Assembly (NCBI GenBank): GCA_965649295.1
Contig: CBFGKH010000011.1
Coordinates: 10,748 to 74,747, forward strand
Reading direction: 5' to 3'
Length of the DNA stretch: 64,000 bases
Source: a candidate division WOR-3 bacterium
GTDB taxonomy: Bacteria > Hydrothermota > Tepidihabitantia > Tepidihabitantales > Tepidihabitantaceae
The notes under the pieces were generated by a model. The model made no database searches, was not told the DNA's origin, and saw nothing but the letters and a program-made list of their open reading frames with translations. The translations under genes and the position numbers were made by a program. This document shows, one piece after another, positions 19,012 to 28,277 of the stretch (positions are counted from its first letter, which is position 1; every line of letters starts with the position of its first letter).

Positions 19012-20925
19012 GTGATTTCACTAAGTGGTATTACAGTTGAGTTTGGCACGCAATTGCTGTATCAGGACGTCAACCTTTTTGTCGGGCCGGACGACCGCAT
19101 CGGACTGGTCGGGGCCAATGGCACGGGCAAGTCAACTATTCTCAGACTTATTGCCGGCTTGCAGGAACCATCAGCGGGTCAGGTTGACATCCGGCGGGGA
19201 ACCAGGATTGCCTACCTTCCTCAGACTGGTGCGGTAGTCGGCGAACGGACAGTGCTTGAAGAGGCAATGTCGGCATTCAGTCATATTGATGAGATTCAGG
19301 CGGAGATGCATGAACTTGAGCACCGCATGACTGATCCGACAATCACTGATGACGAAATGACGGCGGTGTTGCGCCGTTACGCTGACTTGCAGCAGCATTT
19401 CGGGACCGATGCCTATGACCGCCAGTCCCGGGCCGAGAAGATGCTCAAGGACCTGGGGTTCACCGAGGACGATTTCGCCAAGCCGGCAAAGCAGCAGAGT
19501 GGTGGATTCCAGGTGAGATTGGCACTGGCTCGGATGCTGCTTGAGGACCCGGATGTGCTGTTGCTGGATGAGCCGACGAACTACCTTGATATCCGCTCGA
19601 TTGAATGGCTGCAGGAGTATCTAAGCTCGTATTCAGGTGCGGTTGTTATGATTGCCCATGACCGTTATCTACTCGATGCTTTGGTCAGACGGATATGGGG
19701 GATAGAGGGGCGACGAGTTGTTGTCTTCCCAGGTAACTACTCGGACTATCTTGCGAACAAGGCAGAGCGTGACGATCAGCAGCAGCGCAAGTATGAGGAG
19801 CAGCAGGCTTTCATCAAGCGGACAGAACAGTTCATTGCCAAGTTCAAGGGCAGGAAAGATACAGCCAAGCGAGCAATGAGCCGGCAAAAGATGTTGGATA
19901 AGCTTGAGCTAATTGAACCGCCCGAGATAGCACCTTCTATCTTCTTTCGTTTCCCAGAGGCGGAGGAGGTGTATGGCAAGGCATTTGAGCTGGTCGGTGT
20001 TGCCAAGTCTTTTGGCGGCCGACAGGTTCTGACTGATGTCAATCTCGTCGTTGGTGGGGGTGAGCGCATCGGTCTGTTTGGTGCTAATGGTCAGGGCAAG
20101 ACTACTTTGCTGCGAATGATTGCGGGCAAGATAGAACCTGATTCAGGCACAATTTGGCGAAGCCAGAAGACAAGTATCGCTTACTACGAGCAGGGCGCGG
20201 AGGAGAAGATCAATCCAGAACTAACGGTTCTTCAGGCCGCGGCTGAGGCTGGAGCCGGTTTCACGGAGAATGAGCTTAAGGGAGTACTGGGTACGTTTCT
20301 GTTTTCGGGTGATGCTGTGGACAAGCGAGTCGCTGTGCTCTCTGGTGGCGAGCGTAGTCGGCTGGCGATTGTTCGGGCATTGCTGACTCCGTCCAATTTG
20401 CTGATTCTTGATGAGCCTACCAACCATCTTGATATTCAGTCACGGGAGATACTGTTCGAGGCTATTGCTCGCTACCGGCGAACCGTGGTGTTCGCTGCTC
20501 ACGACCGATTCATGCTGGACAAGCTGGCTGACAAGACCGTTCGGGTCGAGGGTGGCGCAGCAATACTTTTCCCGGGGAATTACAGCTATGCATCCGGTCG
20601 GGCAAAGGCCACGCCGGCCCGTGTGGCGCAGCGACCGACCACCGTCGAGCGACCAGAGATATCAGCCAGGACAAAGAATCAGCAGCCGCCTAGTGGTGCA
20701 GTGAAGCCTCCCCCTGTCCGTCAGCCGCAGCGGAAAGGCGCAGGAGGACCGGCTGACCGCATTGCCGCAATCCGAGCCAGGCTTGATCAGTTGCAGCTTG
20801 AGTACGAAAAGGCGCGGCAGTCATTGGACTTTGCCCGAGCACGCGAGTTGAACGAGGAGCGGCGGGCGCTGGAAACCGAGCTGGCCCAACGTCAGGCTGA
20901 TGAGCTGGCTGATTCGGGTGCTTGA
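19012..20925 (+). CDS. ABC-F family ribosome-associated ATPase
   Basis: Two ABC domains (GANGTGKS, GANGQGKT, LLLDEPTNYLD, LILDEPTNHLD) with a linker and no TM segments. Confidence 0.93.
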   Translation: MISLSGITVEFGTQLLYQDVNLFVGPDDRIGLVGANGTGKSTILRLIAGLQEPSAGQVDIRRGTRIAYLPQTGAVVGERTVLEEAMSAFSHIDEIQAEMHELEHRMTDPTITDDEMTAVLRRYADLQQHFGTDAYDRQSRAEKMLKDLGFTEDDFAKPAKQQSGGFQVRLALARMLLEDPDVLLLDEPTNYLDIRSIEWLQEYLSSYSGAVVMIAHDRYLLDALVRRIWGIEGRRVVVFPGNYSDYLANKAERDDQQQRKYEEQQAFIKRTEQFIAKFKGRKDTAKRAMSRQKMLDKLELIEPPEIAPSIFFRFPEAEEVYGKAFELVGVAKSFGGRQVLTDVNLVVGGGERIGLFGANGQGKTTLLRMIAGKIEPDSGTIWRSQKTSIAYYEQGAEEKINPELTVLQAAAEAGAGFTENELKGVLGTFLFSGDAVDKRVAVLSGGERSRLAIVRALLTPSNLLILDEPTNHLDIQSREILFEAIARYRRTVVFAAHDRFMLDKLADKTVRVEGGAAILFPGNYSYASGRAKATPARVAQRPTTVERPEISARTKNQQPPSGAVKPPPVRQPQRKGAGGPADRIAAIRARLDQLQLEYEKARQSLDFARARELNEERRALETELAQRQADELADSGA

Positions 20926-21332
20926 TGGAGTTCGGGGTTTCGGCTGGCAAAGCGAATGCGCTTGCACTACTGATGCGGCGGCTCGGTATTCGCGAGGAGG
21001 ATATCGAGGAGCGGTTTGTAAGAGCAGCCGGGCCGGGCGGTCAGAATGTGAACAAGACCGCGACCGCAGTGTTCCTGCGGCACCGGCCCAGCGGCATCGA
21101 GGTCAAGTGCCAAAAGACGCGGTCGCAGGCGTTGAACCGGTTTCTTGCTCGGCGGCTACTCTGTCACAGGCTGCAGGAGATAGTCGAAGGCCGACGTAGT
21201 GCTGAGCAGGCGCGAATCGCCCGGTTGCGGCGGCAGAAACGTCGTCGTTCGAGAAGGGCTCAGCAAAAGGTGCTGGAGAACAAGCGCCGACGCGCTTTGG
21301 TAAAGGAGCAGCGTCGGTCGCCCACCGAGTGA
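20925..21332 (+). CDS. arfB: Stop-codon-independent peptidyl-tRNA hydrolase (ArfB/YaeJ-like)
   Basis: GPGGQNVNK motif, RSQALNR and a very basic C-terminal tail; TGATG coupling to ABC-F. Confidence 0.8.
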   Translation: MEFGVSAGKANALALLMRRLGIREEDIEERFVRAAGPGGQNVNKTATAVFLRHRPSGIEVKCQKTRSQALNRFLARRLLCHRLQEIVEGRRSAEQARIARLRRQKRRRSRRAQQKVLENKRRRALVKEQRRSPTE

Positions 21333-21566
21333 TACAGCTTGGTGAAGGCATCTAGAACGTCTTAAGAAGTCGCTATTTCTATCACTGAGGAGCGATGTCG
21401 GTTTTCATGTCAAGGAAACTATTCCAACTCACTATTCGGCGGCGGCAATGCCAACAGCCTAGAAGAAAGAAGACCCGCCGTCGGCCGAAAACCGGGCGAG
21501 TAGCCGACTGCTGTTCAGCAGTCTCATTTGACAGCGTCAGGCCTGCGCCTAGTATCAGTCACAAGC

Positions 21567-22406
21567 GTGCGATTCGGATTTCATGTCTCGATTGCCGGCG
21601 GGTTTGCCCTTGTCGGTGAGCGGGCGACTGCGCTCGGGTGCGAGACATTGCAACTCTTCACATCCAATCCGCGTGGCTGGCAGGTGAGTGAACTTGCTGA
21701 GGCTGATGTCAGCGCTTTTCGCGCCGACATGAAGACCCGCGGGATTAGGCCACTGTTTGGTCACGTTCCTTATCTTCCCAACTTGGCGGCGGCGGGAGCA
21801 ACGCGCCGTCGTTCGCTGGCAGCAATTGAGGAACAGCTCCGACGTTGCGCGGTTCTTGGTCTTGACTATCTCGTGTGTCATATCGGCAAGGCTCTTGGCC
21901 AGAGCGAACGAGCAGCTCTGCAACAGGTGGCGATTAATGTCAATGAGATTCTGGGGCGGGTGCGCGGCAATCGGGTGCTACTGTTACTCGAGAATACTGC
22001 TGGAATGGGCACTGAGGTTGGCTACCGTTTTGAGCAGATTGCCAGTGTCCTTAGTGAGATCGAGCAGCGCAGCCGTGTTGGTGTTTTGCTTGACACGGCC
22101 CATGCATTTGCTGCCGGCTATGAATGGCGCACGAAGTTTGGAATTGACCAGACGCTGCGTGAGTTCGACCGAACTATCGGCCTGGCACGACTCTATGGTC
22201 TGCACCTGAATGATTCGCGGTCCGGGCTCGGTTCACGCAAGGACCGGCACTGGCATATAGGTCAGGGCGAAATCGGTCAGGCTGGATTTCGGTTGATCAT
22301 CAATCACCCATTGCTGCGGCACTTACCAGCAGTGCTGGAGACTCCCCGTAAGGATGAACGTGATGACCAGCGCAATCTGGCGATGGTTAGGAGTCTGGCG
22401 GAATGA
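21567..22406 (+). CDS. nfo: Endonuclease IV (AP endonuclease)
   Basis: Start reassigned to GTG (MRFGFHVSIAGG); HxPY, LENTAG, DTAH, HLNDS, DRH and ETP motifs. Confidence 0.92.
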   Translation: MRFGFHVSIAGGFALVGERATALGCETLQLFTSNPRGWQVSELAEADVSAFRADMKTRGIRPLFGHVPYLPNLAAAGATRRRSLAAIEEQLRRCAVLGLDYLVCHIGKALGQSERAALQQVAINVNEILGRVRGNRVLLLLENTAGMGTEVGYRFEQIASVLSEIEQRSRVGVLLDTAHAFAAGYEWRTKFGIDQTLREFDRTIGLARLYGLHLNDSRSGLGSRKDRHWHIGQGEIGQAGFRLIINHPLLRHLPAVLETPRKDERDDQRNLAMVRSLAE

Positions 22407-23782
22407 AGCTACGGTTCTGGGGTGGGGTCAGAACCGTGACTGGCTCGAAACACCTGCTTACTTCAGGCAAGCAGCGGTTGCTGTTGGAGTGCGGTTTGTT
22501 TCAGGGGCACCGGGATGAGGCCGAGTACACCAATCGTCATTTTCCGTTCAAGGCGCGAGAGATTGATAACTGCGTCATTAGCCACGCCCACATTGACCAC
22601 GTTGGTAACGTTCCCAATCTGGTTAAGTTCGGGTTCCGAGGCCCAATCCTGATGACCAAGGGCAGTGTTGCCTTGTCTCGGCTGCTGTTGCTCGATTCGG
22701 CTAAGATTCAGGAATCGGACGTCCGCTATGTGAACAGGCATATGCGCGATAAGGACGCAGCGCCGCGCACGCCGGTTTATACGACCGAAGACGCCCAGGA
22801 GTCATTACGCTACCTGGAAGGCCTGAGCTATGCCAAGCGCAAGAAGCTGAACGGTTTCACGATTACGCTTCACGATGCCGGTCATATCCTTGGTTCGGCG
22901 CTGGTTGATATTGAGTGCGAGGGTCGGCGGCTCCTTTTTACTGGTGATCTAGGCCGACGGAAGATGCCAATAATCAATGATCCGGTGCAAGTTACCGAGG
23001 CTGACTTTCTGATAATTGAGGCGACCTATGGCAACCGTCGGCACGGCGACTACCGTGAGGTGAGTAATCGGCTGGCCGAGGTAATTAACCGGGTTGCGGC
23101 TCGCGGTGGGCGGGTCATCATTCCCGCTTTTGCTGTTGAGCGTTCGCAGGAGATTGTCTATACGCTCAATCGTCTGCGGCAGAACAACCTGATACCGGAA
23201 CTGCCGGTCTATGTTGACTCGCCGCTGGCGAGCGATGTCACTGAGGTCTATCGCAATTACCCGCAGTATTACGATGAGGAAGCGCGGCAGCTACTGAACG
23301 GGCATCAGAATCTTTTTGACTTTCCGGGGTTGCGCTACGTGCAGTCGGTCGAAGAATCAAAGGCGCTGAACGACTCCACTGAGCCATGTGTGATAATCTC
23401 GGCTTCAGGAATGTGTGAGGCCGGTAGAGTACTGCATCACCTAAAGCATGCTATTGGTGATGAACGCAATCTGGTGCTGATCGTTTCCTACCAGGCAGAG
23501 AACACGTTGGGGCGGCGAATTGCCGAGCGACAGCCGGTTGTGCGCATCTACGGCGAGGAATACGCGTTGCGGGCTGAGGTTGTGGTGATGGATGAGTTCA
23601 GTGCCCATGCCGACCGTGATGGTTTGCTACAATATGTGGCGGCAATGAATCGGCAGCGGCTGAAGAAGGCCTTTATTGTCCATTCTGAACTTGAGGCAGC
23701 TCAGGCGATGGTTGAGCCATTGCTCAGCTTGGGCGTGCGCGAGGTTATCATTCCGGAGGTAGGCGATGAATACGAATTGTAA
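22403..23782 (+). CDS. MBL-fold beta-CASP ribonuclease
   Basis: VTGSKH, SHAHIDH, AGHILGS, EATYG, PAFAVER, SGMCEAGR and FSAHAD. Confidence 0.9.
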   Translation: MKLRFWGGVRTVTGSKHLLTSGKQRLLLECGLFQGHRDEAEYTNRHFPFKAREIDNCVISHAHIDHVGNVPNLVKFGFRGPILMTKGSVALSRLLLLDSAKIQESDVRYVNRHMRDKDAAPRTPVYTTEDAQESLRYLEGLSYAKRKKLNGFTITLHDAGHILGSALVDIECEGRRLLFTGDLGRRKMPIINDPVQVTEADFLIIEATYGNRRHGDYREVSNRLAEVINRVAARGGRVIIPAFAVERSQEIVYTLNRLRQNNLIPELPVYVDSPLASDVTEVYRNYPQYYDEEARQLLNGHQNLFDFPGLRYVQSVEESKALNDSTEPCVIISASGMCEAGRVLHHLKHAIGDERNLVLIVSYQAENTLGRRIAERQPVVRIYGEEYALRAEVVVMDEFSAHADRDGLLQYVAAMNRQRLKKAFIVHSELEAAQAMVEPLLSLGVREVIIPEVGDEYEL

Positions 23783-24458
23783 GGGCAGGTGGTGGCTAGT
23801 ACTTGGGCTCTTGCTCGCTGTTACTGGCTGCGACTGGCTGATATCGCAGGACCACACACCGCCAGTGTGTACCATTGTCAGTCCAGCCGACTCAACGCTC
23901 GTAAGCGGAACCGAGATAGTGCAGGCCACTGCGACCGACTCATTGGGTGTGCTCAAGGTTGACTTCTACGTAGATGATGTCCTCACCGGCACCGACACCC
24001 TCGAACCGTACACATTTGTCTGGTCAACTGCCGGACTGGCACAGAACTCCTGGCACCGGCTAGTCTGCAAGGCGACGGACTACAATAGCAATGTTGGGAC
24101 AAGCAATACGGTCAACGTGCAGGTCTATGTCGGTGGGCAACGGGGCGTTGTCCATGGCCAGTTCGACATTGATGGCGGCTACTTCCTTGGTATCGGCTTT
24201 ACGGCAAATGCCGGTGATACCTTGACTGGGGATGTGCTTGTTACTGCTGGGGGTGCTTTGAGTACATTCATGTGGCTTGACCGGCAGAACTATGCAGCGT
24301 TTCGCAGCAGCAGCTCGTATTCGTCCATTCTGCGACAGGACAACTTTGCCTCACTGTCCGTACGCCAGGCAGTGCCGGCCAGCGATTCTTTCTATCTTGT
24401 GTACCTGAACTCGGGTACCAGCACGCGTCGCGTGTGGACTCGTTTTGTACTGGAGTAA
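23766..24458 (+). CDS. Lipoprotein with bacterial Ig-like domain
   Basis: Lipobox VTGC; DxTPP.C.I.SP...ATATD..GV.KVDFYVD...PY.F.W Ig pattern. Confidence 0.7.
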   Translation: MNTNCKGRWWLVLGLLLAVTGCDWLISQDHTPPVCTIVSPADSTLVSGTEIVQATATDSLGVLKVDFYVDDVLTGTDTLEPYTFVWSTAGLAQNSWHRLVCKATDYNSNVGTSNTVNVQVYVGGQRGVVHGQFDIDGGYFLGIGFTANAGDTLTGDVLVTAGGALSTFMWLDRQNYAAFRSSSSYSSILRQDNFASLSVRQAVPASDSFYLVYLNSGTSTRRVWTRFVLE

Positions 24459-24461
24459 GTC

Positions 24462-25922
24462 ATGACTATCCTGCTACTCTGTGTTGCTCTCTGGTCACGG
24501 CCGGCTTTGGTGCCCGTAACCGAACAGGACCTTGACCGGGCAGACCGAATTCAGACTGATTTGGCCTTGACCGACGATGCTCCGCGACTCGCTGCTAGCG
24601 GTCAAGTGCCGGGCAGGTTTGTGGTCGGATTCGAGCGCAAGGAGGTCATTGCCGATATCGTTGGTTTGATCCGGCGCATTGACGAAGCCGGGAGGTTTGC
24701 CGTAGTTGACATCGGCGACGACCCAAAGGCCGAGGCAGCGTTGCTGAGCCTGAAGAACCGGCCGGGAATTCGCTACGTCGAGCCGGATTATGAGGTGCGG
24801 GCTGCGGGCCTGCCCAATGACCCACTGTTCCTCGGATATCAATGGGACAAGTGGGTGATGTATGCTGACCAGGCTTGGGATATTACGACCGGTCAGGCCA
24901 CTGTGAAGGTTGCCATCGTTGACAACGGTTCTGATTACCAGCACGTTGACCTGCAGCCGAACTTTCGCGCTGGCCAGTATGGCCGCGATTTCATCGACGG
25001 TGACGACGACCCGCGACCGGTCAATACCAGTCAGCCGGCGTCATTCCACGGTACGCACGTTGCCGGCATCGTCGGCGCAGCAATCAACAACAATACCGGA
25101 ATCGCCGGTTGGGCCCAGTGTCAGCTTGTGGCGGTGCGGGTGCTCAATGACTCGGGCTCTGGTCTAACATCAGACCTTGCTTCGGGAATCCGCTGGGCTG
25201 CCGACAATGGCTGTCGGATAATCAACATGAGTCTGACCGCCGCTTCGGCGCCGACCGATGTGGTCGAAGCCTGCCAGTATGCTGCGAGCAGGGGTTGTTT
25301 GCTTGTGGCGGCGTCTGGTAATGATGGGGCAGCCAATATTGGGTATCCGGCCGGACTGGCGACAGTCATTGCGGTTGGCGCAATTGATCAGAACTCAGGC
25401 CGGGCCTCATACTCAAACTACGGGCCTGGTCAGGAGCTGGTTGCCTGCGGAACCTACATCCATTCGACTGTGCCGGGTAATCTCTATATGGAATTGAGTG
25501 GGACCTCGATGGCCACGCCCCAGGTTTCGGGCATTGCGGCGCTGATGATGAGCGTTGACCAAAACCTGAGCGCAGGCCGGGTACGGGCGCTACTCGCAGC
25601 AGCGGCGATTGATATGGGAACAGAAGGTCGTGACCAGTTCTATGGCTACGGCCTGGTCAATGCGCGGCGCGCAGTTGAGCTTGCGGCGATGGACCGGCAA
25701 CGTGGGTTTGGTCGTCTGTTTCCCAGGGTGACTGGAACTACAATCATCAGTCGTGAGTTCCGGTTGCCTCCGTGGGTGGAGCAGGTGACTGCATTTGACC
25801 CGAGCGGCCGCGGCCGCAGGTTGGTTGTCCAGTCCGGCACTGTTTCGCTTTGGCCCGGAGTCTGGTTTGCCCGACTCGAAGGCAAGGGGCGGGTCGAGAC
25901 CAAGCGGCTGGTCGTGCGCTAG
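24462..25922 (+). CDS. Secreted S8 subtilisin-like serine protease with degenerate C-terminal sorting-like domain
   Basis: VAIVDNG (Asp), HGTHVAG (His), AASGN and SGTSMATP (Ser). Confidence 0.92.
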   Translation: MTILLLCVALWSRPALVPVTEQDLDRADRIQTDLALTDDAPRLAASGQVPGRFVVGFERKEVIADIVGLIRRIDEAGRFAVVDIGDDPKAEAALLSLKNRPGIRYVEPDYEVRAAGLPNDPLFLGYQWDKWVMYADQAWDITTGQATVKVAIVDNGSDYQHVDLQPNFRAGQYGRDFIDGDDDPRPVNTSQPASFHGTHVAGIVGAAINNNTGIAGWAQCQLVAVRVLNDSGSGLTSDLASGIRWAADNGCRIINMSLTAASAPTDVVEACQYAASRGCLLVAASGNDGAANIGYPAGLATVIAVGAIDQNSGRASYSNYGPGQELVACGTYIHSTVPGNLYMELSGTSMATPQVSGIAALMMSVDQNLSAGRVRALLAAAAIDMGTEGRDQFYGYGLVNARRAVELAAMDRQRGFGRLFPRVTGTTIISREFRLPPWVEQVTAFDPSGRGRRLVVQSGTVSLWPGVWFARLEGKGRVETKRLVVR

Positions 25923-26260
25923 TCCGGCCGGTATTCGGCCCAAGAGTAGTCGGTTTCCCAGACCCGGACGGCTGTCACCGGATAGGCCTTACTCATCTCC
26001 TCAAAGAACCGACGGGCTAGATTCTCGGCGGTCGGATTGAAGTCATAGACCTCGTTCAGCATCTGGTGGTCAGGCAGGATACTTTCGAGCTTCGCTCCGA
26101 CGGCGGTGAAGTCGGCGACCATCCCCGGTTTGCGCAAGCGTTTGGCTGCCAGTTCAACTTCCACACGATAGTTGTGGCCATGGACATTCTCGCACTTGCT
26201 GTCACTTTCGTGAATCCAGTGCGCTCCGCTGAAGGTTCGACTGACACAGATGGTGTACAT
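25919..26260 (-). CDS. queD: 6-carboxy-5,6,7,8-tetrahydropterin synthase
   Basis: FSGAH, CENVHGHNY, DH..LN, PTAENLA and VWET motifs; AGGAGG RBS; TTGACC-17-TATCAT promoter. Confidence 0.9.
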   Translation of the reverse strand: MYTICVSRTFSGAHWIHESDSKCENVHGHNYRVEVELAAKRLRKPGMVADFTAVGAKLESILPDHQMLNEVYDFNPTAENLARRFFEEMSKAYPVTAVRVWETDYSWAEYRPD

Positions 26261-26643
26261 CTTGTCCTCCTTAGCGAATGATAGGTTGATGACAGGACGG
26301 GGTCAAGCTAGGACGGATGTGTCATCCTGAGGCCATAGTGGTCGAGTGGTGGTACTCGGATAGGGAAGTGCAGTTACAGTTGCGGGGTGCGAGAGTGGTT
26401 CTGGTGGCGTGACGTTTGTCTAGTCGAATCGTGGTCGGAATGAGTTTCTTCTCAGGCAAACGTAGATACTCTTGCCGCAAGGTGTGGCAGTGAGATGAAA
26501 AAGGACAATTATGGCTAGTTCCAATGGGATACTCAGTTGGGAGCAGCTAGGCGATGCTTGGGTGTTGATGCTATTGCAAGGTTAGTGACACAAGTGTCGA
26601 ATTGTCTTTGAATTAGCCGGTGGAATGATTGTTTCTTGCTTCA

Positions 26644-26890
26644 CCCAGGGTATTGTCCCGGGGATGGTCTCGGTAGCCTATTGCGAGGGAGTCTCTGATG
26701 GTGATTCCTGATGAACCAGTGATTGGGCTTCGGTGTTTGTCTGCGGTTCTGTCTTGGGTGGTCTTTGTGGCAAGGTTGGATAGGGTGTGGGTGAGGGTGT
26801 TTGGCTGAGTGTCTGCTGCTGGGACTTAGCAGTGGTTTTCCAGCTTGTGACAAGGGCGGTCTCGAACGGGCTTTGTTCGGTTCTTGTCAA
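26644..26890. repeat. Degenerate tandem tract with 12-nt periodicity (~20 units)
   Basis: Phased units mostly start TYT/TTG and end in G, e.g. tctgcggttctg tcttgggtggtc tttgtggcaagg ttggatagggtg tgggtgagggtg tttggctgagtg. Confidence 0.55.
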
Positions 26891-26931
26891 TTAGGCTCTG
26901 GTCTGGGCTGCTACTGTTCTTCCGACTGCTT

Positions 26932-26969
26932 ATAGCGAAAGCGGCAGCAAGTGCTGCCGCTTTCGCTAG
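26932..26969 (-). terminator. Long perfect hairpin after the release-factor-like gene
   Basis: TAGCGAAAGCGGCAGCA-AG-TGCTGCCGCTTTCGCTA. Confidence 0.7.
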
Positions 26970-26985
26970 CTATCTCTTGGTGGTG

Positions 26986-28125
26986 CTAGAAGCGCAGGAA
27001 AGCGCCGAGTCCGCCGTTGCGGGCGAGTTCTTCGCCGGGTGGGCCCTTGATTACCTCGACGGGAACGTTGTAGTTCAGCACCAATCGGGGTAGGGCTGCG
27101 GTAAGCGCTGACTTGTTTAGTTCATCGGCGCTACAACGCGGACAGGTACGGCCGTCAGCCGGAGCGACGTAGTTGCACTTCCGGCATTCGCTCATGGTTC
27201 GCTCGAAGTCGCGGGCGATGAGCAGGCGAGCAGCCCGGCCTTCCTGAATCAGTTTGACTACTGGCTCAACACCGACTGCTGCTTTGTTGGAGATTGAGGC
27301 GGCGTCGAGCAGTTCAGTGACAATGCGGGCCTGGCGGTCGGTCTCCCATTCAACAATCTTGGGGTAGATTCTCTTGACCGCGTCAGCCGGACTGGAGAAA
27401 GTCTCAAGCGGGACCTGCGTGACGACTGCTGCGGCCAGGCTTGGGTTGAGGGACCGGGCAAACTCGGGCAGCAGCGACTTGTTGCCGGCAAGAACCAGCC
27501 GCTTGACATGGTAGCGGTCGAGGAGCTCGGCCAGTGGCTTCTGAATCGAACGCCAGAATGCCTGAAGCCGTTCCATGTAGCGAGCGTTGAAGGCGTTGGT
27601 GTCGGCCCGACCACGGGGTTTGCCTCGGCCGCTGCCACCGGCAGCGATAGTTGGCTTGCGCCAGTCGTTGGTGTCAATCTCGATGCTGAACTCGCGGTAT
27701 TCCTCGAACTCGTTCATCCGGACCGCGAGGAAACGAACGTGCTGGCGGTCAACGATGAGGACGCCATAGGGTCGGTATTCTTCGAGCAGCCAGAGTAGCT
27801 GGCTGACGTCAGGGCGGCCCCAGTGGAGTTCGTCACGCACCGGCACACGGGAGACGAACTGCTGCCAGGAGTTGCGGGTAGCGTACGCCAGAAACGAGTT
27901 GCCCTGGGGCTGATATTGCTTCAGGAAGTTTTCAACTCGGGCAACCGCGGCGGTGAATGCGCGGCGGTCCTGGCTCGGCACGGTTGGGTCAATTCGCCGG
28001 ACGAGGTTCTTGAACCGCGTCAGCCAGGCGCTCCGCTGGTCATTGGGGCCAGTGTTGAAATAGAGCGTCAGGCACTGCTTCTCTGGGCTCTGGGCGAGTT
28101 GACGTACAGTGTCAGGTGGGATCAT
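26986..28125 (-). CDS. Bacterial archaeo-eukaryotic release factor-like protein (baeRF, eRF1 domain 3, Zn ribbon)
   Basis: LTLYFN N-terminus, P.VSQLL.LLEEY...GVLIVDR, LVLAG, AAVG...V...G.A..LL, CRKC..CPRC and C-terminal GGLGAFLRF. Confidence 0.8.
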   Translation of the reverse strand: MIPPDTVRQLAQSPEKQCLTLYFNTGPNDQRSAWLTRFKNLVRRIDPTVPSQDRRAFTAAVARVENFLKQYQPQGNSFLAYATRNSWQQFVSRVPVRDELHWGRPDVSQLLWLLEEYRPYGVLIVDRQHVRFLAVRMNEFEEYREFSIEIDTNDWRKPTIAAGGSGRGKPRGRADTNAFNARYMERLQAFWRSIQKPLAELLDRYHVKRLVLAGNKSLLPEFARSLNPSLAAAVVTQVPLETFSSPADAVKRIYPKIVEWETDRQARIVTELLDAASISNKAAVGVEPVVKLIQEGRAARLLIARDFERTMSECRKCNYVAPADGRTCPRCSADELNKSALTAALPRLVLNYNVPVEVIKGPPGEELARNGGLGAFLRF

Positions 28126-28277
28126 TGGTGCTCCTTGTGATTCAAGCAGCTTGTTGGGTTATGGTAGCAGGGGAGCGGCCAAAGTCAAATGCAGCCGGCC
28201 CGGATACTGGTTATGCGGCTGGGGTTGACAGCCCAAACGGGGATTCTAGAATCTGTCACAGCTTCGCGGCTCGGTCA

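Noticed and set aside
21335..21527. Possible small RNA or ORF between arfB and nfo (CGGTTTTC...GAAAACCG inverted repeat)
   Set aside because: Only a short 8-bp complement, no recognisable RNA family, and the 74-aa ORF lacks coding character
26261..26320. preQ1 riboswitch upstream of queD
   Set aside because: The promoter (TTGACC-17-TATCAT) lies directly before the RBS, leaving no room, and no preQ1 consensus is visible
26644..26890. CRISPR array
   Set aside because: No identical 23-47 nt repeats with unique spacers and no cas genes in the window
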